From an uncultured delta proteobacterium (GTDB lineage Bacteria > Desulfobacterota > Binatia > UBA9968): a stretch of 64,000 nt of DNA. Location of the stretch: the NCBI GenBank assembly GCA_963745835.1, contig CAVUZH010000014.1, positions 416,001-480,000 on the forward strand, written 5' to 3'. Made by a program: the position numbers and the translations under genes. A model generated the notes under the pieces. The model was not told the DNA's origin. It did not search any database and saw nothing but the letters and a program-made list of their open reading frames with translations. This document shows, one piece after another, positions 52,634-63,062 of this stretch (positions within the stretch are counted from its first letter, which is position 1; each line of letters starts with the position of its first letter).

Positions 52634-55052
52634 TTTCATCGGCAGCCGCACACGCAGCAAAGAAGGGCCGCGACATGTCACCGGTCGAGGTCTTTATACC
52701 GACGACTTCATTTTGCCCGGCATGTTGCAGGCGATGATTCTGCGCAGTCCGCACGCTCACGCCAAAATTCTGTCCGTTGATCCGTCGCCAGCTTTAACCA
52801 ATCCAAACGTCATAGCCGTGATCACCCCGGACGATATCAAGCAAAGCACCAAACCGTTCAAGCCGGGTCGTTATGCCGCCGGCCTCAAACGGCCTATCGA
52901 TGAGTATGCCGGCGCCGTCGATAAAGTGCGTTACGTCGGTGAGCCTCTCGGCGCAGTCGCCGCTCGCGACCGCGGCACCGCGGAAGATGCTTTGGAGCTC
53001 ATCTCGGTGGAATACGAGCCGATCCGTCCGGTGGTTGACGTACGCGAAGCGATCAAGCCTTCCTCCGCGACACTGTTCGAGGAGTTGGGCAGCAATCTGG
53101 CCTGGCATGGCTCTCTCCAATACGGCGACATCGATGGCGCATTTAAATCGGCCGACCGCGTTGTCAAAGAAAACTTAAAAATTCACCGGTACAGCTCGAC
53201 GCCGCTGGAGCCGTTCGTGGTAATCGCATCCTACGATTCCGCCAGCAAACGACTGACGGTCTGGGTCACGGCACAGGTGCCGGAAGTGATCTACGATGGT
53301 TTGCGTGAGGCGCTGGGGCTGCAAGACGTGCGCGTCATTATTCCTGATGTTGGCGGCGGATTCGGACAAAAAATTCACTTGATCCGCAAGTACGTTGTCA
53401 TGGTCGCATTGCTGTCGATGAAAAGCGGCAGGCCCGTGAAGTGGGTGGAAGATCGCAGCGAGCACATGATGGCCGGGGGACACGCGTGCGCCCAAGAGTT
53501 TGAGGCCGAGGTCGCCGTTAAAAACGACGGCACGGTGCTCGGGCTGCGCTTTAAAGAATACGACGATGTCGGCGGCTCGATCAGCACATTGACGATTCAT
53601 TTCACCAATAAGTTAAACAATCTATCGAATACTTACCGCACCCCCAGTATCGCCATGGAAGGCTATGCGGTGGTTACTAACAAGTGTCCGGTGATTCCAA
53701 ATCGCGGCATCGGCAAGCCCGGCATGTGTTACATCTGGGAGCGGATGATGGATCGCGTCGCCCAGGACTTGAACATGAGTCCTATCGACGTACGCCGGAA
53801 AAATTTGATTCAACCGAGTGAGATGCCGTACCGGACCATCAGCGGCAACATCTATGACAGCGGCGATTATCCCGGCCTGCTGTCAACTCTCCTGGAAAAA
53901 ATTGATTACGATAAGCTGCGTGAAGAGCAAAAGCGCGAGCGCGCAAAAGGCCGTTTAATCGGCATCGGCATCGTCGTCGGCGTTGAACCCGGGGGCCGGA
54001 ACGCCGCCCGGGATATGGCGATCTTTCCTGAGATGAAAGAGCCGCCGGGATCGGGCGGTGTCAACGGCGCCACCATCAAGCTCGAAAAGAACGGTACCAT
54101 TGCGTTGCATTTGGGCTCGCCCAATTGCGGCCAGGCGCACGAGACGACGACGGCTCAAGTTGCCGCGGATATCCTAGGGACGAGTCCTGAGCAGATCAGC
54201 ACAAGTATTCCTTTCGATAGCGATCTGTCGCCTTGGGGCGTGGCGGCGGCCAACAGCGGCAACAATTTTCATCTTTACGATATCGGCGCCATCCACGGCG
54301 CGGCAAAAAAGCTGCGAGAGAAAGTGGTGAAGTTGGCCGCGCACCTGCTTAACGCCGATCCGTTGGAATTGACCATCGAAAATGGTGTTGTCCAGGTACC
54401 CGGTTCAGCCACCAGGAAAGTGACATTCGCCGAACTTGGGCGCATCGCCTACAACAATCAGCATCTAATTCCCGATGACATGGAAGCGGGACTACAAGCG
54501 ACCCATTACTACACGTTCCCTCACGCTAAACCGAACATTGTTCCCGGCGCGGACCGTTTAGTGCGCGCGCAGTTTACTTTTTCGGCGGGCGCGCACGCGG
54601 CGATCATAGAAGTCGATAAAGCGACGGGTAAAGTTGAAGTCCTGCGCTATCTCATCGTTGGCGATAACGGCACGGTGATCAACCCCGACGTGGTTAATGG
54701 GCAGGTTTACGGCTCGGCGGCGCATGGCATCGCCGTAGCGCTGGGGGAAGGTTTTATCTACAGCCCGGAGGGGCAACCGCTTACCGTAACCTATTTGGAT
54801 TACGGCAAATGCTCCACGGCGGAAACTCCGAAGGTCGAAGTCATCCATCGACCATCGCCATCGCCGTTCACGTCGCTGGGCCAAAAAGCGGCCGGCGAAG
54901 GCGCCGCTATCCCCTCACCCGCCGCCATTGCCAGCGCGGTTGAAGATGCGCTTACGCCTTTCGGCGTCAAGATCACTGACCTGCCGCTCACGCCGGAAGT
55001 GGTTTGGCGCCTCGCCAACCACAACCCCGATTCCGTGCGGAGGTCTTACTAA
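52626..55052 (+). CDS. Second molybdopterin-binding large subunit (CoxL/CutL-like, atypical active-site loops)
   Basis: GGGFGQK, PNRGIG, GQAHET, KAAGEG. Confidence 0.93.
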   Translation: MPDFIGSRTRSKEGPRHVTGRGLYTDDFILPGMLQAMILRSPHAHAKILSVDPSPALTNPNVIAVITPDDIKQSTKPFKPGRYAAGLKRPIDEYAGAVDKVRYVGEPLGAVAARDRGTAEDALELISVEYEPIRPVVDVREAIKPSSATLFEELGSNLAWHGSLQYGDIDGAFKSADRVVKENLKIHRYSSTPLEPFVVIASYDSASKRLTVWVTAQVPEVIYDGLREALGLQDVRVIIPDVGGGFGQKIHLIRKYVVMVALLSMKSGRPVKWVEDRSEHMMAGGHACAQEFEAEVAVKNDGTVLGLRFKEYDDVGGSISTLTIHFTNKLNNLSNTYRTPSIAMEGYAVVTNKCPVIPNRGIGKPGMCYIWERMMDRVAQDLNMSPIDVRRKNLIQPSEMPYRTISGNIYDSGDYPGLLSTLLEKIDYDKLREEQKRERAKGRLIGIGIVVGVEPGGRNAARDMAIFPEMKEPPGSGGVNGATIKLEKNGTIALHLGSPNCGQAHETTTAQVAADILGTSPEQISTSIPFDSDLSPWGVAAANSGNNFHLYDIGAIHGAAKKLREKVVKLAAHLLNADPLELTIENGVVQVPGSATRKVTFAELGRIAYNNQHLIPDDMEAGLQATHYYTFPHAKPNIVPGADRLVRAQFTFSAGAHAAIIEVDKATGKVEVLRYLIVGDNGTVINPDVVNGQVYGSAAHGIAVALGEGFIYSPEGQPLTVTYLDYGKCSTAETPKVEVIHRPSPSPFTSLGQKAAGEGAAIPSPAAIASAVEDALTPFGVKITDLPLTPEVVWRLANHNPDSVRRSY

Positions 55053-55054
55053 CC

Positions 55055-55912
55055 ATGATCCCCGGTTCTTTTGATTATTTTTCGCCGCGATCTATTCCCG
55101 AGGCAATCGAGTTGCTATCGGCCCACAGGGATGATGTGAAAGTTCTATCCGGCGGGCAAAGCTTACTGCCTCTGATGAAGATGCGGCTTTCGAAGCCGGG
55201 TTATATTGTGGATATCGGCAAGATTCCGGGACTCGATGGCATCGTCGAGGAAGGCAACAGTCTTGTTCTTGGTGCGCTGGTCACCCATGCGCAGATTGAA
55301 CATTCCGAACTGCTTCAGAAACACTGTCCGCTCCTACCACAAACGGCGGCAACCATCGCCGACATTCAGATCCGAAATCGCGGCACTATTGGCGGCAGCG
55401 TTGCCCACGCGGATCCGGCGGGCGACATGCCTGCAGCGATCATGGCTCTGGATGCCGAAATCAAAGTGGCAGGACCCAATGGCGAGCGTTGGATTAAGGC
55501 CGATGATTTTTTCCTGGGACTGCTAATGAGCGTGCTCGAACCAGATGAGATCGTCTCTGCCGTAAGAGTTCCGTTCACGGACAAGGACAAAACAGCGTAC
55601 CTGAAGGCCGCACCCCGGTCGTCGGGTTTTGCAGTAGTTGGCGTGGCGGTTCGGATGACCATGGACGCTGCGGGAAGTTGCACGCGCGCAGCGTTGGGAA
55701 TCACCGGCATCAGTGATAAAGCTTACCGGCCGGATCGTTCCGAAGAAATATTGAGTGGGAAAAAACTCGATTCAAAAATCATTGCGGAAGCCGCCGCCGA
55801 GTCGACCCGCAATATCGACGTCATCGAAGACATTAACGGTTCCAGCGAATACCGTACTCACCTGACACATATTTACGTTCAGCGGGCGATCGAAGCAGCG
55901 CTACAGAGCTAA
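55055..55912 (+). CDS. Second FAD-binding subunit
   Basis: LSGGQSLLPLMKMRL, QIRNRGTIGGSVAHADPAGD. Confidence 0.95.
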   Translation: MIPGSFDYFSPRSIPEAIELLSAHRDDVKVLSGGQSLLPLMKMRLSKPGYIVDIGKIPGLDGIVEEGNSLVLGALVTHAQIEHSELLQKHCPLLPQTAATIADIQIRNRGTIGGSVAHADPAGDMPAAIMALDAEIKVAGPNGERWIKADDFFLGLLMSVLEPDEIVSAVRVPFTDKDKTAYLKAAPRSSGFAVVGVAVRMTMDAAGSCTRAALGITGISDKAYRPDRSEEILSGKKLDSKIIAEAAAESTRNIDVIEDINGSSEYRTHLTHIYVQRAIEAALQS

Positions 55913-55916
55913 ATAG

Positions 55917-55945
55917 CGCGGCGGCCAGGATCTGACCGCCGCGCA
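55917..55945. terminator. GC hairpin between convergent genes
   Basis: GCGCGGCGG-N-CCGCCGCGC; lacks a U-tract. Confidence 0.55.
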
Positions 55946-55958
55946 CCAGCTAAATCAA

Positions 55959-56405
55959 TCATTCGGGATATTTGTCGGCCCGGAATTCCTTGTGGCAAGA
56001 GGAGCAGACTTCGCCGACAGCCTTGAATTTGGCTGCCACCGCTGCATCATCCTTTGACTTTGCCGCGGAGGCGAGCTCACCGCTCGCTTTGCTCAAGTTC
56101 TTGGCTTGTTTGGCAAATTCATCGGATTTTTCCCAGATCGCGGCCGTCGCCTTGGTCTTCCCTTTATCACTACCTTTAGGAAACAGGCTGGGAATCTTAT
56201 CCGCAGTGCCCATGATGTCTTTGGCCTTGGTTTCTACCGTTGCATAGTCTTTGCTCTCAACTGCCCCCTTGATCGCTTTGACATCTGCGCTGTTGCCCTT
56301 CATTGCTTTCTGTCTCTTCTCAATAACTTCTTCTTGAGCCAAAACCTGTGAGGAGACTGATGCTGTAAGTAAAATGAAAAGTCCAGTGATGATAATTTTT
56401 TGCAT
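55959..56405 (-). CDS. Class II cytochrome c (c'/c556)
   Basis: Signal peptide, KRQKAMK, IWEKSDEF, C-terminal CSSCHKEFR. Confidence 0.93.
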   Translation of the reverse strand: MQKIIITGLFILLTASVSSQVLAQEEVIEKRQKAMKGNSADVKAIKGAVESKDYATVETKAKDIMGTADKIPSLFPKGSDKGKTKATAAIWEKSDEFAKQAKNLSKASGELASAAKSKDDAAVAAKFKAVGEVCSSCHKEFRADKYPE

Positions 56406-56877
56406 GATCCCGTACCCTCCTTATGGTTAACGCCCGTTGATCCGGTAGCTCCGAAGATAAATTGTCATAGGCTATACCTAAGTGACCGATGCAAGAAAAA
56501 AACCGGTTAGGATTCTAGCCGGCCTATTCTGGCCGAGTCGAATTATATAGTCGTACAGATTACCTCGCCGCGGTATGAGCAAAGAAAGTACCAGCACGTT
56601 CGTATGTGAAAAGCCAACAGCCACGGGAGCCTTTCAACTGGCCCGAAGTTTCATTGTCCCGAAACCGAATCAGCCGTTCTAGAAAACAATACAGCCATAC
56701 ACGCATATTGATCCGGATGAATCGCCAAATACCTTAGCCGCGATAACATACTACATTCCGAGTAGCACGTGGCGATTGCACCAAGCTTTGACATACGCTT
56801 ATTTGGACGACACAATCGGTCGCAAATTCAAGGATGTCCAACGGATCGAAAATATAGCAGATGGGACAAGTTAATCG

Positions 56878-56904
56878 CGAGGCCCCCACTTGTGGGGGCC
56901 TCGA
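56878..56904. terminator. Hairpin downstream of transglutaminase gene
   Basis: CGAGGCCCCCAC-TT-GTGGGGGCCTCG near-perfect inverted repeat. Confidence 0.65.
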
Positions 56905-56932
56905 ATAAGAACGACAACGAAACGGGTACTAA

Positions 56933-58030
56933 TCAAATCTCTTTAGCCGTGATGGTGTATTTGAAATTATCCGGATCGAGGCTATCGCGCCGACCGTTGG
57001 CTTCCTCAACCTGGGGGTACATCAGAAAGCCAAGTTCAGGTCCGTTAGAGTTGGGTAATTTAACGTCATGAGCATAGTTATACGCTAACCAGTTCATTTC
57101 CCATGCGCCAAACAGTTTGGCTCGCGCCTTCTTGACCTTGGGATCATCGAGCGGCAGCGGCTGGCCGGGCAGGTTCTCTTCCAGAACCACCTTGCGCACG
57201 TCGGCTGGATCGACCGGTACCCAGCCCTGCCCAGTCAAAAAGACTTCAGCCCGGCAATGCTGGGCGCGGGTAATATCGTCGGCCTTGCCGAGACTTTTGA
57301 ATTCTGATGAGTTAGCGCAGCGGATTCCGTAGACATCCCGTGCCGGCAGGCCGGCGGCGCGGGCCAATCCCACGTATAGCGCGTTTAGGTCGGCGCACTT
57401 GCCGCCGAGATAACCGGTTTGAAGCATCGTCGAAATGTCGCCGATACCACAACCTTTCACCTTGGGATCGCGAAAAGTATTATCGACGATCCACTCATAG
57501 ATCGCTCGCGCTTTGTCGACGTCGCTCTTCATACCCATGGTAATGCCACGTGAAGTCGTACCGACGATACCATCGGTTCGTATAAGCTTTGACGGCTTAC
57601 GGAAATAGTCCAGCACGGCCTTATCTTCTTTGACCGCAACATTTGGTTTCTCGCTCAAATTCACTTGCCGGTCGCGGGTCTTAAAACGGCTCTTCAGTTC
57701 TAATGAAGGCGCGGTTTCCCCGGCCGTCCATTCGGCGAATAACATCCCTGTTCCATATCGATCGTACTGGACGATTCGAGCAGACTTGAAGTTACCAGTC
57801 CAGCTATCATCTTCACGTTTGAAATAGTCCGTCTGCTTGGTAAGTGGGACTGGAAGCCACACGCGAGTAGCTCCCACGGGTTTGATGACATCGACTTTGG
57901 TAATCACCTCGAAGCTTCGCCACTTCGTCGGATCGTCAGCACTCGCAAAATGATTCAACCTGGGCGTAGCCCCCAGCGCCAGCCCAGCAGAAACGGTCAG
58001 GCTCGATTTTAAAAATGATCTCCGGTTCAT
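56933..58030 (-). CDS. Tat-exported transglutaminase-like protein
   Basis: MNRRSFLK Tat motif; catalytic triad GGKCADLN, QHCRAE, WVPVDPAD. Confidence 0.93.
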   Translation of the reverse strand: MNRRSFLKSSLTVSAGLALGATPRLNHFASADDPTKWRSFEVITKVDVIKPVGATRVWLPVPLTKQTDYFKREDDSWTGNFKSARIVQYDRYGTGMLFAEWTAGETAPSLELKSRFKTRDRQVNLSEKPNVAVKEDKAVLDYFRKPSKLIRTDGIVGTTSRGITMGMKSDVDKARAIYEWIVDNTFRDPKVKGCGIGDISTMLQTGYLGGKCADLNALYVGLARAAGLPARDVYGIRCANSSEFKSLGKADDITRAQHCRAEVFLTGQGWVPVDPADVRKVVLEENLPGQPLPLDDPKVKKARAKLFGAWEMNWLAYNYAHDVKLPNSNGPELGFLMYPQVEEANGRRDSLDPDNFKYTITAKEI

Positions 58031-58145
58031 GGACTCCCCCAATTGGTTTTATCGAATGGATTCGATTGGTAATCCCTACAACGGTTTTTTTGGAAAAACA
58101 ACCGGATAATGACCGGATTGTTCTGAGACTTTGGTACTGTTTCGA

Positions 58146-58625
58146 TCAATCTTTGCCCGATTGTTCCCGTAGAAAAGTCAGCACCTCTTGCGGGTGCTGA
58201 TCAGCTTTTTTGACGGTCGGCCAGTGTTTGATCACGTTGCCCCTTGAGCCGATTACCAATGTTGAGCGGATCGTGCCCTCCACGGTTTTTCCGTACATCA
58301 TCTTCTTGCCGAATGCCTGGTATTTTTTCATGACCTCGGCCTTGGGATCGGCCAAAAGCACGAACGGCAAATCGAACTTCTCAGCAAACTTCTTATGAGA
58401 AGCAATGCTGTCTTTGCTGATACCCAGAACTATCGCTCCCAGTCTTTTCATTTGCGTATTTAGCTCGCGGAACCCGCAAGCTTCCTTGGTTCAGCCCGGA
58501 GTACTGTCCTTGGGATAGAAGAATAAGACCATTTTTTGGCCGCGATAATCCTCAAGCGAATGTGTCTTGCCGTCGTGGCCTTCCAGACTGAACGCCGGCG
58601 CTTTCTGCCCCTCCAAACTCTTCAT
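58146..58625 (-). CDS. bcp: BCP/PrxQ selenoprotein (U45, UxxxxC)
   Basis: ATG 58625 with GGAG RBS; [12 protein letters not shown](58493-58491)-TKEACGFR in frame with ORF 58146-58451; aligns to Cys paralog at 60311. Confidence 0.9.
58462..58482 (-). promoter_or_regulatory. Candidate bacterial SECIS
   Basis: AGCTTGCG-GGTTC-CGCGAGCT; GGTTC starts 16 nt after TGA. Confidence 0.75.
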
Positions 58626-58933
58626 GCCCAGCCTTTCTCCTCAACCGAGAATGTAGCATTCATTGTTCGAATCGGTACGCTCTTAAGAAATCAACCCAGC
58701 GAAACGGTTTGCGGCGACAAATCGGATTAGGCGCCTCGAAAAGCCGTTCGCGCTCCTGCCATGGGATTCCTGCTACACTTCGTAGGTTTCGCGAGCTTTT
58801 TCCCAGGTACTGCGCCCAAAACCTTCGCAGAAGGGTTCGTTACTCTCCGCCATACAGGTGGCGAGATCCACTAAGTACATCTCGCGGTTCTCCGATACCG
58901 CTTTCAAGAGACGACTCTTGGTAAATTATTGCT

Positions 58934-60298
58934 TTAAGTCGAAACGCAGCGAAATTTGGCGAACACATACGGATAGTGACCTTGATACCAATTGCGAAAC
59001 GTCGGTCGCAGCAGTTCCGCCGGAGTCGCCCAGGAAGCGCCCTTGAAGACGAAGTGCTTTCCATCGAAAAAATCCTTGGAGTAGTCGGGATAGCGAGGAA
59101 TATAAGGCGTGAAGCCTGGAAACGGCGCGAATGGCGTATCGGTTAACTCCCAGCCATTACCGACCAATTCTCCGATACCCCATCGGCTCACGCCGGCTGG
59201 ATGCGAGCCTACGGGATTCGGCGACCACGAGCTAAAATCGAAATTGCCATGACGATGCGCTGGAGCTAATTCGCCCCACGGATAACGCGTCGAGATTTCG
59301 TCAGGTCCGCCGTAGCAGGCGCGTTGAAACTCCGCCTCAGTCGGCAATCGCTTGCCGCGCCAGCTAGCGTAGGCACGCGCCTCAGCAACGGTCACATAGA
59401 CCGGCCAACTGGAAACCTGGGCGAGCGGAAAGAGATCGAACATCGCTTTGTAGAGCCAGAGGCTGCCCCGTTGAAGCCAAACGCTGGGATGCTTCCTGGC
59501 GGTTTGCACTTTCCAGCGCCAATCTTCCGGTCGCCAGTAACGCTCTACATCGTAAGCGCCGGACTGCACGAATTCAAAATATTCGCCATTGGTGACCGGC
59601 ATCGAATCCATCGTAAATGCCGGTACATCGACAACCGTTTGTGAAAACTCGTTGTCCCAGCCGAAGTCTAACTCGGAAAACTTTGCGCCAAGTGAAACTT
59701 TGCCGCTCTGGTATTTCCGTTGGAACGAGAACGCGCAGCCGCCTGGAAGGAATACCGTGGTGATTTGGTTGGGCGGTTTTTTTTATCAAGCGGCAGCTCA
59801 TGCATCATATACAACAGAGTTTCTTGATGCATGTATTCATGCTCGAGAACCATTTCGAAGGCGCGCCCGTTTTGTGCCATGATATCTGAGGATTCCAAAC
59901 GCGACATCATTATCGAGCGCTTCCAAGACCGCCGAGCGAACCTGGTCGCGGTATTTCAGTACTGTATGCAGATCGGGCCAGGTCTCCGGAACCTCGGGAT
60001 GCCAATGACACTCGCCAGTGTCAACGTCCGGATCGATGCCGCGACAAAACAAATCGTCGAAATAAGGATTGAAGGACTTCCACTGCAGCAGTGCGCCACA
60101 GGTTTGATTCCAGGTGAACGCAGGAAGATGTCCGACATAAAAAATAAAAGGGTGGCGCCAGACAATCGGCTTGGTTAACATCTGATCTTCGTTGATCAGA
60201 CGAAACAGCTCATCGGTCTTAGACCAAGCCGAGTGAAACCGTGCTTCGAACCTCGCCCTCTCGACGTTGACCCGCGGTACGAATGCCCGGTTCATCAC
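58934..60298 (-). CDS. EgtB/Egt1-type non-heme-iron sulfoxide synthase (DinB + FGE-like domains); frameshifts near 59910 and 59710
   Basis: RHPFIFYVGH, RGIDPDVD..CHWHPEVPETWP, EHEYMHQETLLYM, FGWDNE, PVTNGEY, RLPTEAE, LVGNGWE, YSKDFFDGKH, RNWYQ. Confidence 0.85.
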
Positions 60299-60310
60299 GA
60301 TACCCCGCCG

Positions 60311-60778
60311 TCACTTCTGGAGAAACTGCAACACTTCACGAGGATGCTCCTCCGCATTAGCAACCGGCGCCCATTGGCGTAACACCTTACCGTCAGGACC
60401 GATCACCACCGTCGAGCGAATAGCGCCTTCGACGGTTTTGCCCTCCATATTTTTCCTCTCACCCCAAGCGCCGTAAGCCTGCATAACTTTGGTTTCGGGA
60501 TCGGAAAGAAGAGTAAACGGCAAGTTATATTTAGCGATAAATTGATTGTGCGATTCGATTCCGTCTTTGCTTACGCCCAAAACGATGGCGTTGGAATTCG
60601 TCACCGAATCGATAGAATCGCGAAAGCCGCAAGCTTCCTTGGTGCAGCCCGGCGTGTCATCTTTCGGATAAAAATAAAGGATAACGCTTTTACCTCGGTA
60701 GTCGGACAAAGAATGTCGCTTGCCATCGCTGCCGTCTAAATTAAATGCCGGCGCCTGCTGTCCTTCTAAATTACTCAT
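60311..60778 (-). CDS. bcp: BCP/PrxQ peroxiredoxin, Cys form (CxxxxC)
   Basis: [19 protein letters not shown]; AGGAGG RBS. Confidence 0.95.
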   Translation of the reverse strand: MSNLEGQQAPAFNLDGSDGKRHSLSDYRGKSVILYFYPKDDTPGCTKEACGFRDSIDSVTNSNAIVLGVSKDGIESHNQFIAKYNLPFTLLSDPETKVMQAYGAWGERKNMEGKTVEGAIRSTVVIGPDGKVLRQWAPVANAEEHPREVLQFLQK

Positions 60779-60959
60779 GAAGCCTCCTTCTCGGGATTTA
60801 AGCTATTTCTTTTGTCTATCATGTGTAAAGGCTCGGTCAATACAACCCGCGATAAAACTTGTGGGTTCGCATTGTCGCCCAAATAGTCGTGCCGGGAGAG
60901 TGGGCTGGAGATGTCCAGGGCGGGATCGTGGCGCGGTTATTACCCGTGGTAACCAGGAG

Positions 60960-61871
60960 CTATTTGTTTTTCAGAAACTCGCGGAATGCCTGAGCAACTG
61001 GTGATAGCGGCCGGCCCTTATAACAAACCTCGTAGAAGTCGCGGATCATCTTCAACTCGCGAATTGGAATTTCCGTAAGAAGGCCTTCAGCCAATTCACG
61101 TGCGACTGAAACGCGGGACAAAATCGAAATACCGAATCCCGAGATCAGAGCCTCTTTAACCGCCGCGGTACTTCCAAGCTCCATTGCTACACTGAGCAGG
61201 TCGTCGGCAGAACGTCGGCCCTTACTGATAAGGTGACGAAAAGAATCCAAGGTTCCCGAGCCGCGTTCCCGCGAGATGAAGTGTTCCGAACGCAAATCTG
61301 CCAGGTGAACGAATTTTCGGCGGGCCCACGGATGTGCACTCGGCACAGTGAGTACCATTTCATCCTGCCAGATCTTGTCGAAAGATAGTCTGTTCTCCGC
61401 GTTCTTGAAGCCGACGAATCCGATTTCGACTTTGCCGTCGAGCACCTCGTCCACTATGCTCGCCGAGTCGCCGATTCGCAGAATCGGCTTTACCCGAGGA
61501 TGCTTTTGGATGAATGCGGCAAGGCTATGCGGCAGTAAATATTCACCGGGAATGTTGCTGCCGCCGATCCAAAGCTCGCCGCTCAGGCTACCGTGAAAAC
61601 GCTCGATCTTAGCCACCGTTTCTCTTTTGAAAGCCAGCAGATCCTTGGCCTGTTCGAGCAGCAGTATGCCTAATGCGGTCAGAGTAACCTTCCCGGGAAT
61701 CCGATAGAACAACTTGCCGCCAAGGGTTTTTTCCAGTTCCTGGATATGCGCGCTGACTGTGGGTTGCTTCAAAGATAGCCGTTGTGCCGCTTCCGAAAAG
61801 CTTTTAAGCTCTGCTACCCAGAAGAAGACTTCGAGCTTGTGTAGATCCAAATCGCCTTTTAGTTTGCTCAT
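60960..61871 (-). CDS. LysR-family regulator, CysL-like, possibly selenium-metabolism-associated
   Basis: HTH SFSEAAQRLSLKQPTVSAHI; GGSNIPGEYLLP, RERGSGT, ELGSTAAVKEA. Confidence 0.9.
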   Translation of the reverse strand: MSKLKGDLDLHKLEVFFWVAELKSFSEAAQRLSLKQPTVSAHIQELEKTLGGKLFYRIPGKVTLTALGILLLEQAKDLLAFKRETVAKIERFHGSLSGELWIGGSNIPGEYLLPHSLAAFIQKHPRVKPILRIGDSASIVDEVLDGKVEIGFVGFKNAENRLSFDKIWQDEMVLTVPSAHPWARRKFVHLADLRSEHFISRERGSGTLDSFRHLISKGRRSADDLLSVAMELGSTAAVKEALISGFGISILSRVSVARELAEGLLTEIPIRELKMIRDFYEVCYKGRPLSPVAQAFREFLKNK

Positions 61872-61958
61872 GGTAAGTTGATCGCTGTGATTTTCGCTAT
61901 TAAATGCGCCGGGACCGAACGTTGTCAACTGCGCAACTTGGCGTTATATTTTTGATCA

Positions 61959-63062
61959 ATGTCAAAGCAATCGCCGTTAGTCAGCGTTCATCAGGCCAAT
62001 GGAGCAATACTGGCCGAGTATGACGGCTGGTCGCTGCCCCGACATTTCGGCGACCCGCATGAGGAGCACTTATCGGTGCGCCGTGCGGCCGGCCTTTTGG
62101 ACTTCTCAAACCGCGCCGTCTTGGAGTTCACCGGCGTTGATCGTCTATCTTATCTGCAGGGCTTGATCTCAAATGATTTGCGGGTGCCTTCCGCAGGGGA
62201 AGGAATTTATGCCGCGTTCCTGAGCCAGCAGGGAAAAGTTCTCGGCGACTGCCGCGTCTTGACTACGGACGATAGTTTCATTGTCGACTTGTGGGAACCG
62301 CTTAAGCAAAAAATTCTCGATCACCTACACCGTTATTTGGTTGCCGACGAGGTGGAGATCGCGGATTTAAGCGACCGCTGCGCCATCTTGTCCATTCAGG
62401 GACCCAAGTCGGAAACACTGCTAGAAAAATTTCTCGCCAGGGAACAACAGCCGCAGACAAGTCTAGCTCACTCGATTGCTGAATTTGCCGGGGTCGAAAT
62501 GCGCATCTGCCGCTCTGGCCATACGGGTGAAGATGGGTTCGATCTGATGATTCCTCTCGCCCACATTGAAAACATGGCTCAGCAGTTGACCGAAGCCGCC
62601 TCGACGTACTCTGCCCGATGGGTTGGCACTGAGGCTTACGAGATCCTGCGAATCGAAGCAGGTATTCCGCGTTATGGCATCGACATTACCGATGACAATC
62701 TCATACTGGAAACCGGTCTGACTCACGCTGTGAGCTTCGACAAGGGTTGCTATCTGGGTCAGGAAGTCGTCGAAAGGATTCGCTCCCGCGGCCACGTCAA
62801 CAAAAATCTTACCGGGCTATTGATCCACGGCGAAAAGCCCCCGCCGGCAGGCAGCAAGATATTGTCAACCGAAAAGGAAATCGGCACGATCACGAGCTCA
62901 GTCTACTCCCCGAGTCTCGAGTCCCCGATCGCGTTGGGCTATGTTCATCGCGACCATCGTTCTCGAGGTACACAGCTACTGGTACGCTACGATGCGGAAC
63001 TTCTTGTCAACGCCACGGTTACGGAGTTACCGTTCACCGCTACCGACCCGGCGAGACACTAA
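61959..63062 (+). CDS. ygfZ: YgfZ/GcvT-family folate-binding protein
   Basis: FDKGCYLGQEVVER signature; LRIEAGIP. Confidence 0.9.
   Translation: MSKQSPLVSVHQANGAILAEYDGWSLPRHFGDPHEEHLSVRRAAGLLDFSNRAVLEFTGVDRLSYLQGLISNDLRVPSAGEGIYAAFLSQQGKVLGDCRVLTTDDSFIVDLWEPLKQKILDHLHRYLVADEVEIADLSDRCAILSIQGPKSETLLEKFLAREQQPQTSLAHSIAEFAGVEMRICRSGHTGEDGFDLMIPLAHIENMAQQLTEAASTYSARWVGTEAYEILRIEAGIPRYGIDITDDNLILETGLTHAVSFDKGCYLGQEVVERIRSRGHVNKNLTGLLIHGEKPPPAGSKILSTEKEIGTITSSVYSPSLESPIALGYVHRDHRSRGTQLLVRYDAELLVNATVTELPFTATDPARH

Noticed and set aside
48971-55052. Aerobic CO dehydrogenase
   Set aside because: Neither large subunit has AYRCSFR (form I) or AYRGAGR (form II)
58934-60298. Assignment as selenoneine synthase senA
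   Set aside because: No senB or senC adjacent and motifs look closer to Egt1-type; left unassigned
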